Source: Cyanobacteria bacterium J06626_4 (lineage in GTDB: Bacteria; Cyanobacteriota; Cyanobacteriia; Phormidesmidales; Phormidesmidaceae). Taken from it: a stretch of 16,604 nucleotides of DNA. The notes beneath the pieces were generated by a model. That model was given only the letters and a program-made list of their open reading frames with translations, made no database searches and was not told the DNA's origin. Location of the stretch: contig JBCBJQ010000122.1 in assembly GCA_038523235.1 (NCBI GenBank), positions 1 to 16,604 on the forward strand, written 5' to 3'. Position 1 is the stretch's first letter; the number at the start of each line of letters is the position of its first letter. This document shows, piece by piece, positions 8,291 through 16,235 of the stretch. Both the position numbers and the translations under genes were made by a program.

Positions 8291-8519
8291 CGATGGTGAT
8301 CAATCCTATTGAAACGCTGGTTGTAAAAGGATTTTGTTGGGATTCAGTCGCTTTTTATTCCAATTCTGTTGCCGCTCTCTTGTCTTCTCTGCCTAGCAGG
8401 CTAGGGGACACAATCATACGGCGACGATCTGAGGCGGCTGCAACTTGCCAGACCGTATTCAGGCATTAAACCGAGAATTGTTACGCCAGTTTGATGAGGG
8501 CAGTGAACTCTTGGGAAGC

Positions 8520-8528
8520 TGATATGAT
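8520..8528 (+). promoter_or_regulatory. Putative extended -10 promoter for the riboswitch transcript
   Basis: TG-a-TATGAT lies 6 nt before the first base of the riboswitch P1 strand (8535). Confidence 0.45.
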
Positions 8529-8534
8529 CTCTGC

Positions 8535-8690
8535 ATCGGTTCTGGTGGAGAACGGCAACCAGAGGTAACGGGGAAAGTCTGGTGAGAATCCGGCACTGTC
8601 CCGCAACTGTGAAAGAGGAGCGATTCCTCTCAGTCAGAATGCCCGCCGATAACAGCGTTCAGGCTCGACCACATCTGCGAGGTACAGATG
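8535..8690 (+). promoter_or_regulatory. Cobalamin riboswitch (short form), with RBS-containing expression hairpin
   Basis: P1 ATCGGT (8535-8540)/GCCGAT (8645-8650). Conserved core GGGGAAAGTCTGGTGAGAATCCGGCACTGTCCCGCAACTGT, then B12-box-like AGTCAGAATGCCCGCC. Downstream hairpin CATCTG/CAGATG (8672-8690) carries GAGG in its loop. Confidence 0.93.
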
Positions 8691-8819
8691 ATGATTCAAT
8701 ATTTTTCTCGTCGCTGTTCCATGACAGCGGCGCCTGTTTTAGGTTCGCTATACGGCCAGACATCTGGCGATATCCCTAACCAACGGTTGGGGCAGGAGGT
8801 GGATTGCCATGACGTCTGA
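8688..8819 (+). CDS. Putative 43-aa riboswitch-controlled leader ORF
   Basis: The ATG sits inside the riboswitch expression hairpin, just after GAGG. Translation MMIQYFSRRCSMTAAPVLGSLYGQTSGDIPNQRLGQEVDCHDV*; it overlaps the next gene by 11 nt. Confidence 0.45.
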   Translation: MMIQYFSRRCSMTAAPVLGSLYGQTSGDIPNQRLGQEVDCHDV

Positions 8820-9396
8820 TTCCCCCATCGCCTCGTTGGGCCCCTCAGGTGGGTTTGCTCAGGCCTGGCGATCGCTGGCTCATAGCGGGGTGTGGCCATT
8901 TTTGCTGTTAGCGCTGGGCACGGCGAGTAACGTCGTTTACGCACATACGCCCCTCGTTGCCTTTGCCGCTATGAGTGGTGTGAGCCTATCTCGCCGCCGA
9001 GCGATCGCAGTGGCGCTGGGTCTTTGGCTGGTCAATCAAACCATTGGCTTTGGTCTGCGCGGCTACCCGCTCACGGGGACGGCTTTTACCTGGGGCGCGT
9101 TGATGGGCCTGGGCACGCTGCTAGTCGTCGGCTTCGCCACGATGCGACCAACCTTTAGCCAAACTTCCTGGGCGGGGCATGGTCTGTGGGCACTGATGGC
9201 TGTCATGGTGGGCTTTGTGCTGTATCAAGGGCTGATTATGCTGGCCTATCCTCTGCTGGCCGATGGCCACACGATGGGGTGGGATATCATTGCTCGACTG
9301 TTTAGCAAGCAGCTGATTTGGGCGATCGCGATCGCCCTCGGACACGGGGTGCTGCTCTGGCGGCAACAGACCTTACTGAGTCCAGTGCAGCGCTGA
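8809..9396 (+). CDS. Cobalamin-riboswitch-associated integral membrane protein (putative cobalt/cobamide uptake)
   Basis: 195 aa, about 5-6 hydrophobic segments, several His residues, strong SD GGAGGT at 8795-8800. Function is inferred from the riboswitch only. Confidence 0.75.
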   Translation: MTSDSPIASLGPSGGFAQAWRSLAHSGVWPFLLLALGTASNVVYAHTPLVAFAAMSGVSLSRRRAIAVALGLWLVNQTIGFGLRGYPLTGTAFTWGALMGLGTLLVVGFATMRPTFSQTSWAGHGLWALMAVMVGFVLYQGLIMLAYPLLADGHTMGWDIIARLFSKQLIWAIAIALGHGVLLWRQQTLLSPVQR

Positions 9397-9664
9397 TTTG
9401 ATTCCCCGACTTAACCCTCTAGGATGCGTCATCAATTAATCCCAGAAACCTTTGGGGCTCAGCATTACTGCGCTCGCACTGACTCGACAAGCTAGGGGTG
9501 GTCGTTCCTTTGCTAAGGAAATTTGATCTCTCGAAACGAACGGCGGGGTTGCTCAGTGTACGGTCACCGCGGAGCGAGAACGATTGACGGGGAGTGGTAG
9601 CAGAGAGACCATTCACCGCTGAAATCATCGTGTTTTACTGGAGCTAGCGATTTCAGGGCAACTG

Positions 9665-10720
9665 ATGGATGTCTCCGTGATTGGGGCGAGTGGCGACTGC
9701 GGTCGAGAAATTGTTTCACAACTGGTGGCCATGGGCCTGCTCACCCCGACGGAACGGTTGCAATTGGTCGGGCGAGCCGGGGGGCGCAGCAGTCAGATTT
9801 TGTATGGGTTGTGTAGCGATCTCAACGATGCCTACGCGGAGACCGCCCCCATGCTCGATGTGGCCCTGACGCCGGAAGCAATTGTGGCCGATGTCATTGT
9901 GATGGCAGCGGGGGCCACGGTGGGCGGTGACCTGACCTCGCGGGCCGAGTTGGCGTCGATCAACCTGCCTATTTTTGAGTGCTATGCCCAGGCGATCGCC
10001 CGCGATGGTTATGGTCATGAGGTGGTGATTATCGTGACGAATCCCGTTGAGCTGGCGGTTGAGGTTTTTAGCCGACACCTCGGACGGCGGCGGGTGATTG
10101 GCGTCGGTGCCTACTCTGACTCGCTGCGATTTCGGCGAGAGATTGCTGCTGACTTGGGCGTTCGGCGACAGCAGGTGCAGGGCTTTATTGTGGGTGAGCA
10201 TGGTGAAGGCATGGTGCCGCTGTGGAGCAGTGTCCGGGTGCACGGCATGATGACCGAAGAATTGCAGGCCGTGCGGCGTCAGCTGCAGCGCGATCGCTCG
10301 GTGAGTCAGTTTCCGGCTGAGGTGGCGAGTGCTAAACAGACCCTGATGGGCTATCTCCAACAGGGTGAGATTGTGCAGGCTTATCGCTATGTCGACGATC
10401 TGCCGCCTGATCTGCGCGTCGTGCTGAAACCCTTTGTCACCCACAACTCAGGTGCTAAAACCGTGACCGCCACGGCCAACGTCACGATTGATCTGGTGCA
10501 AAATCTGCTGGCGGGTCGTGAGGTGGTGATCTCAGGTCAGGTGCAGCTCGATGGCGAATTTTATGGGCTGCGCACGCCTCTAGGGGTGCCGATTGTCGTG
10601 ACCTCAGCAGGGTGGTCGCAGGTCGTGCCCCTGCAGCTCTGGGCTGAAGAGGCCGATCTGCTGCAAACGGCGGCGGCCCAGCTTAATCGCCGTCTGCAGG
10701 AGGACTTAGCCCATGGCTGA
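9665..10720 (+). CDS. LDH/MDH-superfamily 2-hydroxyacid dehydrogenase, atypical specificity loop
   Basis: Rossmann motif VIGASGDCG, VTNPVE, DSLRFR (Asp168/Arg171 equivalents), catalytic GEHG, C-terminal LDGEFYG..PLGVPIVV. Confidence 0.9.
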   Translation: MDVSVIGASGDCGREIVSQLVAMGLLTPTERLQLVGRAGGRSSQILYGLCSDLNDAYAETAPMLDVALTPEAIVADVIVMAAGATVGGDLTSRAELASINLPIFECYAQAIARDGYGHEVVIIVTNPVELAVEVFSRHLGRRRVIGVGAYSDSLRFRREIAADLGVRRQQVQGFIVGEHGEGMVPLWSSVRVHGMMTEELQAVRRQLQRDRSVSQFPAEVASAKQTLMGYLQQGEIVQAYRYVDDLPPDLRVVLKPFVTHNSGAKTVTATANVTIDLVQNLLAGREVVISGQVQLDGEFYGLRTPLGVPIVVTSAGWSQVVPLQLWAEEADLLQTAAAQLNRRLQEDLAHG

Positions 10721-11177
10721 ACAACGTTGGGTCTTTGTCGTTCGCGCGCTCGATCGCCCCGGCACCTTGACGGCGACGGCAGCGGTGTTTTCGAACCGGG
10801 GGGTGTCGCTAGAGAGCATTTTGGCCAGCGGCATTGCCCCCACCACGCTGGAAAACGGGCGACTGATTCTAATTTTTCGTGCCACTGAGGCCAAGCAGGC
10901 GCTACTGCAGCGAACGCTTGAGCGCCTCTCGATCATCTTTCAGGTCGATGCCTATACCTACGATGACGAGCGGTTGCGGGCGATCGCGGTGGCTAAGCTC
11001 AGCTCCGAGGCAGCGATCGCGCCCACTGCCGACTATTCGGTTGAAACCATTGCCACGACGGCGGCGGGGCGCATCGTCATGCTGACCGGCGCTCCGGCAG
11101 TGATCGAAACGGCTATCAGTCACCTGCGGGAGCAAGACAGGTTGCAAGATGTGGTGGTGTCTTACATCACGGTGTAA
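10713..11177 (+). CDS. ACT-domain protein, divergent homolog of the acetolactate synthase small subunit (IlvH/IlvN-like)
   Basis: [23 protein letters not shown] matches the IlvH ACT motif, and the C-terminal half also resembles IlvH. 8-nt overlap with the upstream gene; SD AGGAGGA at 10698-10704. Confidence 0.8.
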   Translation: [154 protein letters not shown]

Positions 11178-11304
11178 AACGCTCCCTGCTCACTGTTAGG
11201 CGAGACGGGTTGCAGTCAGGCCGGGGATTGCTATGGTGGAAGCAGCGATCGTGGCGACTGCCCGGTCGATTGCCACTCATTCACGGCCCATCGATTCCAG
11301 CGCT

Positions 11305-11544
11305 ATGACTGACAACTCTACCCTCGAAACGCCTCAATCTGAGCCCGACCCCTCAGCATCAACCGTTGAGCCAGCCACCTCGGAGGCAACATCGGCCCCG
11401 GCCCCCTCAGAGCCCCCGCCGAGCTTTGTTAAACTCGCCATGCGCAACATGGTGCGCAAAGGCGGCCAATCTTTGTTCCATTTCACCCTGACTGCGGTGT
11501 CGCTGGTGGGGCTGCTAATCGGGCTGTCCTACCTCACCCGCTAG
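11305..11544 (+). CDS. DUF3285 family small membrane protein
   Basis: Conserved PSFVKLAMRNMVRKG..SLFHF motif plus a C-terminal TM helix; usual position upstream of ybeY. ATG 11305 is preferred over 11233. Confidence 0.85.
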   Translation: MTDNSTLETPQSEPDPSASTVEPATSEATSAPAPSEPPPSFVKLAMRNMVRKGGQSLFHFTLTAVSLVGLLIGLSYLTR

Positions 11545-11550
11545 CGTGGC

Positions 11551-12072
11551 ATGATGACCCCGACGGTAGACGTCACCTTGCTGGGCGAATCACTGGCCAC
11601 CGTTAGCGCGATCGTGCCGACTAACCAATGGCCCGTTTGGCTGCAGCTCTGGCTCACCCAACTCGACCCCGCTCACTCTCCCCTCAACGCTTACGAGATG
11701 AGCCTGCAGTTCACGACTGACGCCACCATCGCTCAGCTCAACCGCGACTACCGCCAGCAGGATCAGGCTACCGATGTGCTTTCCTTTGCGGCGCTGGAGG
11801 ATGCCCCCTTGCCACCCGAAGTGTTAGCGACGATACCGGTCAATTTGGGCGATCTCATCGTCTCGGTTGAGACGGCTCAGCGCCAGTGCGAGGCCCACGG
11901 CCATTCCTTAACCGAAGAGCTGGCCTGGCTGGTCGCTCACGGTCTGTTGCATCTGTTGGGCTGGGACCACCCAACCGAAGATCGCCTGCAAGCAATGTGG
12001 ACCTTACAGCGATCGCTGCTGGCTCAGGTTGGTCTGTCGCTCCCGGCCACGGCTTACACGATCGATAATTGA
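11551..12072 (+). CDS. ybeY: rRNA maturation endoribonuclease YbeY
   Basis: LNRDYR, TDVLSF, LGDLIVS and metal-binding HGLLHLLGWDH. Confidence 0.95.
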   Translation: MMTPTVDVTLLGESLATVSAIVPTNQWPVWLQLWLTQLDPAHSPLNAYEMSLQFTTDATIAQLNRDYRQQDQATDVLSFAALEDAPLPPEVLATIPVNLGDLIVSVETAQRQCEAHGHSLTEELAWLVAHGLLHLLGWDHPTEDRLQAMWTLQRSLLAQVGLSLPATAYTIDN

Positions 12073-12418
12073 GCGGCTCAGAGGGCGGACTGACGGGCCA
12101 GCCCTGGGCACTCGGTGATGTGGGGGCAGATGTGTTGTCTTCGTTCAGAGCAGTCAAGATCACCTCAGATGGGAGCTTGGCACTGGCTGCGCCCTTGATG
12201 CGCTGGCTTTCTGGCTTCTCGCCCGGTTAATCTCTTGGTCTAGATTCCCGACCTTTACCGTGAAAATCCGCCCTCGGGTCAGCGCTTTAACCGGCCTAAT
12301 GAACAGTCTACGAACCCACTTCTGGACTATGCTAAGGCTGCAGAATGGCCTTTAGACAGATTACTGGGCGCGATCGCCCCTTTCTCCTGCCCTAACTTGT
12401 CGAGTGTTCACGACTTTT

Positions 12419-12883
12419 ATGCCGACCCCTTCCTCTGTTTCAGACTCTACGCCAGTCAATGGCAACCGTGACACCGTGACCTCACCGGAACGGGCGCACG
12501 CTTTTCAAGTTGCCCACAATTTAGGCTCTAGCTTTTTGTATGCCTGGCAGGGCATCTACTACGCGCTACGCACCCAGCGTAATTTTCGCATTCACGCCCT
12601 GGCCACTGGGGCCGTGATTAGCCTCGGCATCGTTCTGCAGTTACCGAGCGTCAACATTGCTGTCTTAGGTCTGACTTGTGGCGCGGTCATGGCGCTAGAG
12701 TTGATTAACACCGCATTAGAAGCCGTCGTGGACTTAACGGTTAAACAGAGTTATCACGAACTCGCTAAAATTGCGAAAGACTGTGCCGCTGGGGCCGTTT
12801 TTGTGGCCGCTCTGACTGCTATTTTGGTGGGCATCTGTCTGCTCGCGCCCCCGCTATTTGTCGCCCTGCAGCCCTATCTCTAA
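12419..12883 (+). CDS. dgkA: Diacylglycerol/undecaprenol kinase family protein (prokaryotic DAGK)
   Basis: [30 protein letters not shown] and [12 protein letters not shown]. Start is ATG 12419 or GTG 12404. Confidence 0.9.
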   Translation: MPTPSSVSDSTPVNGNRDTVTSPERAHAFQVAHNLGSSFLYAWQGIYYALRTQRNFRIHALATGAVISLGIVLQLPSVNIAVLGLTCGAVMALELINTALEAVVDLTVKQSYHELAKIAKDCAAGAVFVAALTAILVGICLLAPPLFVALQPYL

Positions 12884-12911
12884 CGCTGCTGACGCTAAGG
12901 AATCTTGTGCC

Positions 12912-13520
12912 ATGATCGTCGTGATCGACAACTACGATAGCTTTACCTACAACCTGGTGCAATACCTGGGCGAACTCGGCAGCACCCATGCGGTTGCCCA
13001 AGATATTCGGGTCTATCGCCATGACGAAATCACGGTCGATGAGCTGGCTCAACTCGTCCCCAATGGCATCGTCATCTCGCCGGGGCCGGGCCGTCCTGAC
13101 GATGCCGGGATTTCCCTAGAGGTGATTCGGCAGCTCGGGCCGACGGTGCCCTTACTCGGCGTTTGCCTAGGGCATCAAAGCATTGGGCAGGTGTTTGGGG
13201 GACAAGTAACCGCCGCCGCGGAGCTGATGCACGGCAAAACATCCCCGATTCACCACACGGGCAAAGGCGTTTTTCGAGGGCTGGAGAATCCGTTTATCGC
13301 GACTCGATATCACAGCTTAGTGGTGGCCTCAGCGACCTGCCCCGACAGCCTGGAAATCACGGCTTGGGTGCAAGATGGCACCATCATGGGTGTCCGCCAT
13401 CGTGAGTATCCGCACCTGCAGGGGGTGCAGTTTCATCCTGAGAGTGTGTTGACCAAGGCGGGTAAAGCCTTACTGGGCAATTTTTTAGCCGATATCAAGG
13501 TCGCCGTCGCCGCTGCGTGA
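12912..13520 (+). CDS. trpG: Anthranilate/aminodeoxychorismate synthase component II (glutamine amidotransferase, TrpG/PabA)
   Basis: [18 protein letters not shown] start at ATG 12912, SPGPG, catalytic GVCLGHQ, RYHSL and GVQFHPES. TrpG and PabA cannot be distinguished from sequence alone. Confidence 0.92.
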   Translation: MIVVIDNYDSFTYNLVQYLGELGSTHAVAQDIRVYRHDEITVDELAQLVPNGIVISPGPGRPDDAGISLEVIRQLGPTVPLLGVCLGHQSIGQVFGGQVTAAAELMHGKTSPIHHTGKGVFRGLENPFIATRYHSLVVASATCPDSLEITAWVQDGTIMGVRHREYPHLQGVQFHPESVLTKAGKALLGNFLADIKVAVAAA

Positions 13521-14096
13521 AGTGAGGTTGCCGCGCCCCTGATGCAACTCAGAGTGTCCAGATTAGCTTGGCCGTGCCGTTGAGACGTCTCCTCAGCGAG
13601 TACGGGTGATTTGACCGGCTGAATAAAGTTGGTTGCGACATTTTACATCTGGCGTGATGTCAGTCTTAGTTGAAACAGGATTTAGCCCTACAGCGTATTG
13701 GTAGGACATTTTGAGGTGCTTTCGGGCATTCTATTGCCATGTCAAGGCGAATTTGAGGCAGTCTAAACCAGACCACTTGTGACTAAGAAAATTGGATGTT
13801 AGTCGCCACGATGCCGGCCTGAGAGCTTCCCCGGTTCGTCAAGCCAGGCTTAAGCCGTCAGCATGTTAGCGCAACCTCTTCTCAGGAGAATGACTCACAA
13901 CACACTGCGATGATCGGTGAAGGGGAATCCTGCACCCGCGAGCGCCAGGCCCAGGGTACGCCTATTGCCAAAGTTATGTTTTGTATAATTCGACACATTA
14001 AAATTCTTTCGAGGGAAAACTAACAAGCTCAGCGTCAGCCAGGGTTAGATGCGCTTGAGCGCTAGTTACAGTGTCAACGGGTAAGAGTCAGTCGCC

Positions 14097-16235
14097 ATGA
14101 AATTGCCTAGTCTGAACTTAAAGCAGCAAACCATGCTGATGGCGGTTGTGGCCAGTACCTTGCCAGTGCTCGCGATCGGGGCAGTCACTCATCAGGCCGC
14201 CAATCGAGTTTTGATTCAACAAAACGAGACTGCTCAGAGGGCGCGAGCGGCCGACCTCCAGCGCACGGTTTATCGATTCATGGAGGAAAGAGAACACGAT
14301 ATTCGGATCATGGCGAATCTGAGCATTTTTACCCGCGCTGATTTGAGAGCGCAGCTTTCTGCTGAAGAAAAGGGGGAAATCCTCGATCAGTTAATGGCGG
14401 AATACGAGATCTATGACAGTATTGCGGTCTTTGATATCAGTGGGAATATAGTTGCTCAGACCACGGGAACAGCTCTGCGGAATCATCTCGATCGCAGCTA
14501 TATTCAAACGACTTTAGAGACTGAACAAGTTGTCCTCAGTCAGCCAATTATTTCAACCACGGCGGGGACTTTTTCGATTTATGCGGCAAATGTCATTCGT
14601 GATGCCGACACTCAGCAGGTGATCGGCTTTGTGAGGTCGCGGATGGCCGTCGAGGTCTTCAAAACGATTCTGAAAAGCTACAACAGCGAAGATGAAGACT
14701 ACTATTTAATTAGTCAAAATGACGAAGTCTTTTTAGACTCAAATAATATCTATTTCACGCAGATTCTGAGTACTGGGGAAACATTCACGCATCCCAATCA
14801 TGAAGCTTCATTTCAAATCTATGACTTGTTTCCGATATTAGAGTCGTCAGTGCAGGCGGCACAGTCCACCACTTTATTGGCCAGCAACACTCGTACCAAC
14901 GACCAAGAATTTCTCACCTACAATCCCCCTTTAGTAAACGACGGTTTGCCGGATGTGGGCTGGCAAACTGTGGTCACCAAAAACCGGGCTTTAGTACTGG
15001 AACCTCAGCGCGAGTTAGAGCGCATTGTGCTTCTGGGCACTGGCCTGACCGCCCTCCTGGTCAGCATCTCGGCGGCTTACTTTGCCAATAAAATTATTCA
15101 GCCCGTTCTGTCAGCGGCGGATACTGCTCAGGCCCTGGGCCAAGGGAAATTGGCGGCGCGGGCTGAGGTGATTGGCCCGCCGGAATTAAGGCAGCTGGGC
15201 AGCAATATTAATTCGATGGCTCAAAGAATTCAGCAGTTGTTAACGGAAAGGGCCGAAAAAACGGCCCATCTCAAGGACTTAAATCAGCAGTTGTCTCAGC
15301 GAACTGAGCAGTTAGAGCAAGAAGTGGGTGAGCGCAAGCATACCGAAGCCGCTCTGCGCCAATCTCAGGCTCAGCTGGTGCAAACTGAAAAAATGTCGAG
15401 CTTAGGCCAGTTGGTCGCAGGAATTGCCCACGAAATCAATAATCCTGTCAATTTTATTCACGGTAATCTGCGCCACGTTAAAACTTATACCGAAGATTTG
15501 CTCAACCTGATTGATTTTTATCAGCAGGAGTCCCCCGAGGTGACGGAGAGCTTGCAAGCTGTAGTAGACTCGGTCGATCTGACCTTTGTGCAAGAAGATT
15601 TGCCCAAAGTGGTCGACTCCATGCAGATGGGCACAAGTCGAATTCGCGAGATTGTGAAGTCACTGCGGATCTTTTCTCGGCTCGACGAAGCAGCCTGTAA
15701 AGCCGTCAACATTCATGAGGGCATTGACAGTGCTGTGATGATTTTGCAAAACCGCTTAAAGGCGAGCCGCGATCGCCCAGAAATCACCGTGGTGCGAGAC
15801 TACGGCTCGTTGCCGCCGGTGGAATGTTATCCGGGTCAGCTCAACCAAGTCTTTTTGAATCTGTTGAGCAACGCGATTGATGCTCTGGATGAACGGCATC
15901 AGCAGGATTCACAGCAAGCGCTGGAAACCGCGTCTGGGATGATTCAGATTCGCACTCAAAGTTCACAGCATGGCTGGGTGGAAATCGCCGTTCGTGACAA
16001 CGGCTTGGGCATTGCGGCCGCTACTCAGTCAAAGTTGTTCGATCCTTTTTTCACCACTAAGCCGGTCGGCAAAGGCACTGGCCTGGGCCTATCCATTAGC
16101 TATCAGATTGTGACTGAGAAGCACCAGGGCCACTTACGCTGCAGTTCGATGCCAGGCGAGTGGACTCAATTCACGATCTCCATCCCGATGCGTCAAACCT
16201 CAACCCTGGTCGAAGCAAATCGCCTTCAGTCCTGA
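14097..16235 (+). CDS. Membrane sensor histidine kinase (Cache-like extracytoplasmic domain, HAMP, HisKA, HATPase)
   Basis: Two TM helices flank a ~270-aa sensor region. HAMP ELRQLGSNINSMA, H-box AHEINNP, NLLSNAIDA, DNGLGI and FTTKPVGKGTGLGL. Confidence 0.93.
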   Translation: MKLPSLNLKQQTMLMAVVASTLPVLAIGAVTHQAANRVLIQQNETAQRARAADLQRTVYRFMEEREHDIRIMANLSIFTRADLRAQLSAEEKGEILDQLMAEYEIYDSIAVFDISGNIVAQTTGTALRNHLDRSYIQTTLETEQVVLSQPIISTTAGTFSIYAANVIRDADTQQVIGFVRSRMAVEVFKTILKSYNSEDEDYYLISQNDEVFLDSNNIYFTQILSTGETFTHPNHEASFQIYDLFPILESSVQAAQSTTLLASNTRTNDQEFLTYNPPLVNDGLPDVGWQTVVTKNRALVLEPQRELERIVLLGTGLTALLVSISAAYFANKIIQPVLSAADTAQALGQGKLAARAEVIGPPELRQLGSNINSMAQRIQQLLTERAEKTAHLKDLNQQLSQRTEQLEQEVGERKHTEAALRQSQAQLVQTEKMSSLGQLVAGIAHEINNPVNFIHGNLRHVKTYTEDLLNLIDFYQQESPEVTESLQAVVDSVDLTFVQEDLPKVVDSMQMGTSRIREIVKSLRIFSRLDEAACKAVNIHEGIDSAVMILQNRLKASRDRPEITVVRDYGSLPPVECYPGQLNQVFLNLLSNAIDALDERHQQDSQQALETASGMIQIRTQSSQHGWVEIAVRDNGLGIAAATQSKLFDPFFTTKPVGKGTGLGLSISYQIVTEKHQGHLRCSSMPGEWTQFTISIPMRQTSTLVEANRLQS

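Noticed and set aside
8582..8779. 65-aa ORF MRIRHCPATV...
   Set aside because: It is a translation of the conserved cobalamin aptamer core, a common artefact.
9490..9560. TPP riboswitch (GCTAGGGGTG start)
   Set aside because: Lacks the CTGAGA and ACCTGA..GGATAATG..CGTAGG elements.
9598..9664. Bona fide glycine riboswitch
   Set aside because: The conserved GGAGA and GAAG motifs are altered and P1 is weak; kept only as a structured-leader lead.
9665..11177. Gene symbols mdh/ldh and ilvN
   Set aside because: The specificity residue fits neither MDH nor LDH, and the ACT protein is too divergent from housekeeping IlvN and has no ilvB nearby.
12858..12911. Longer trpG/pabA start
   Set aside because: The family-conserved start [11 protein letters not shown] begins at 12912.
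13965..13989. Sigma70 -35/-10 pair TTGCCA..TATAAT upstream of the Cache kinase
   Set aside because: The spacer is only 13 nt; the TATAAT alone may be a promoter but cannot be supported further.
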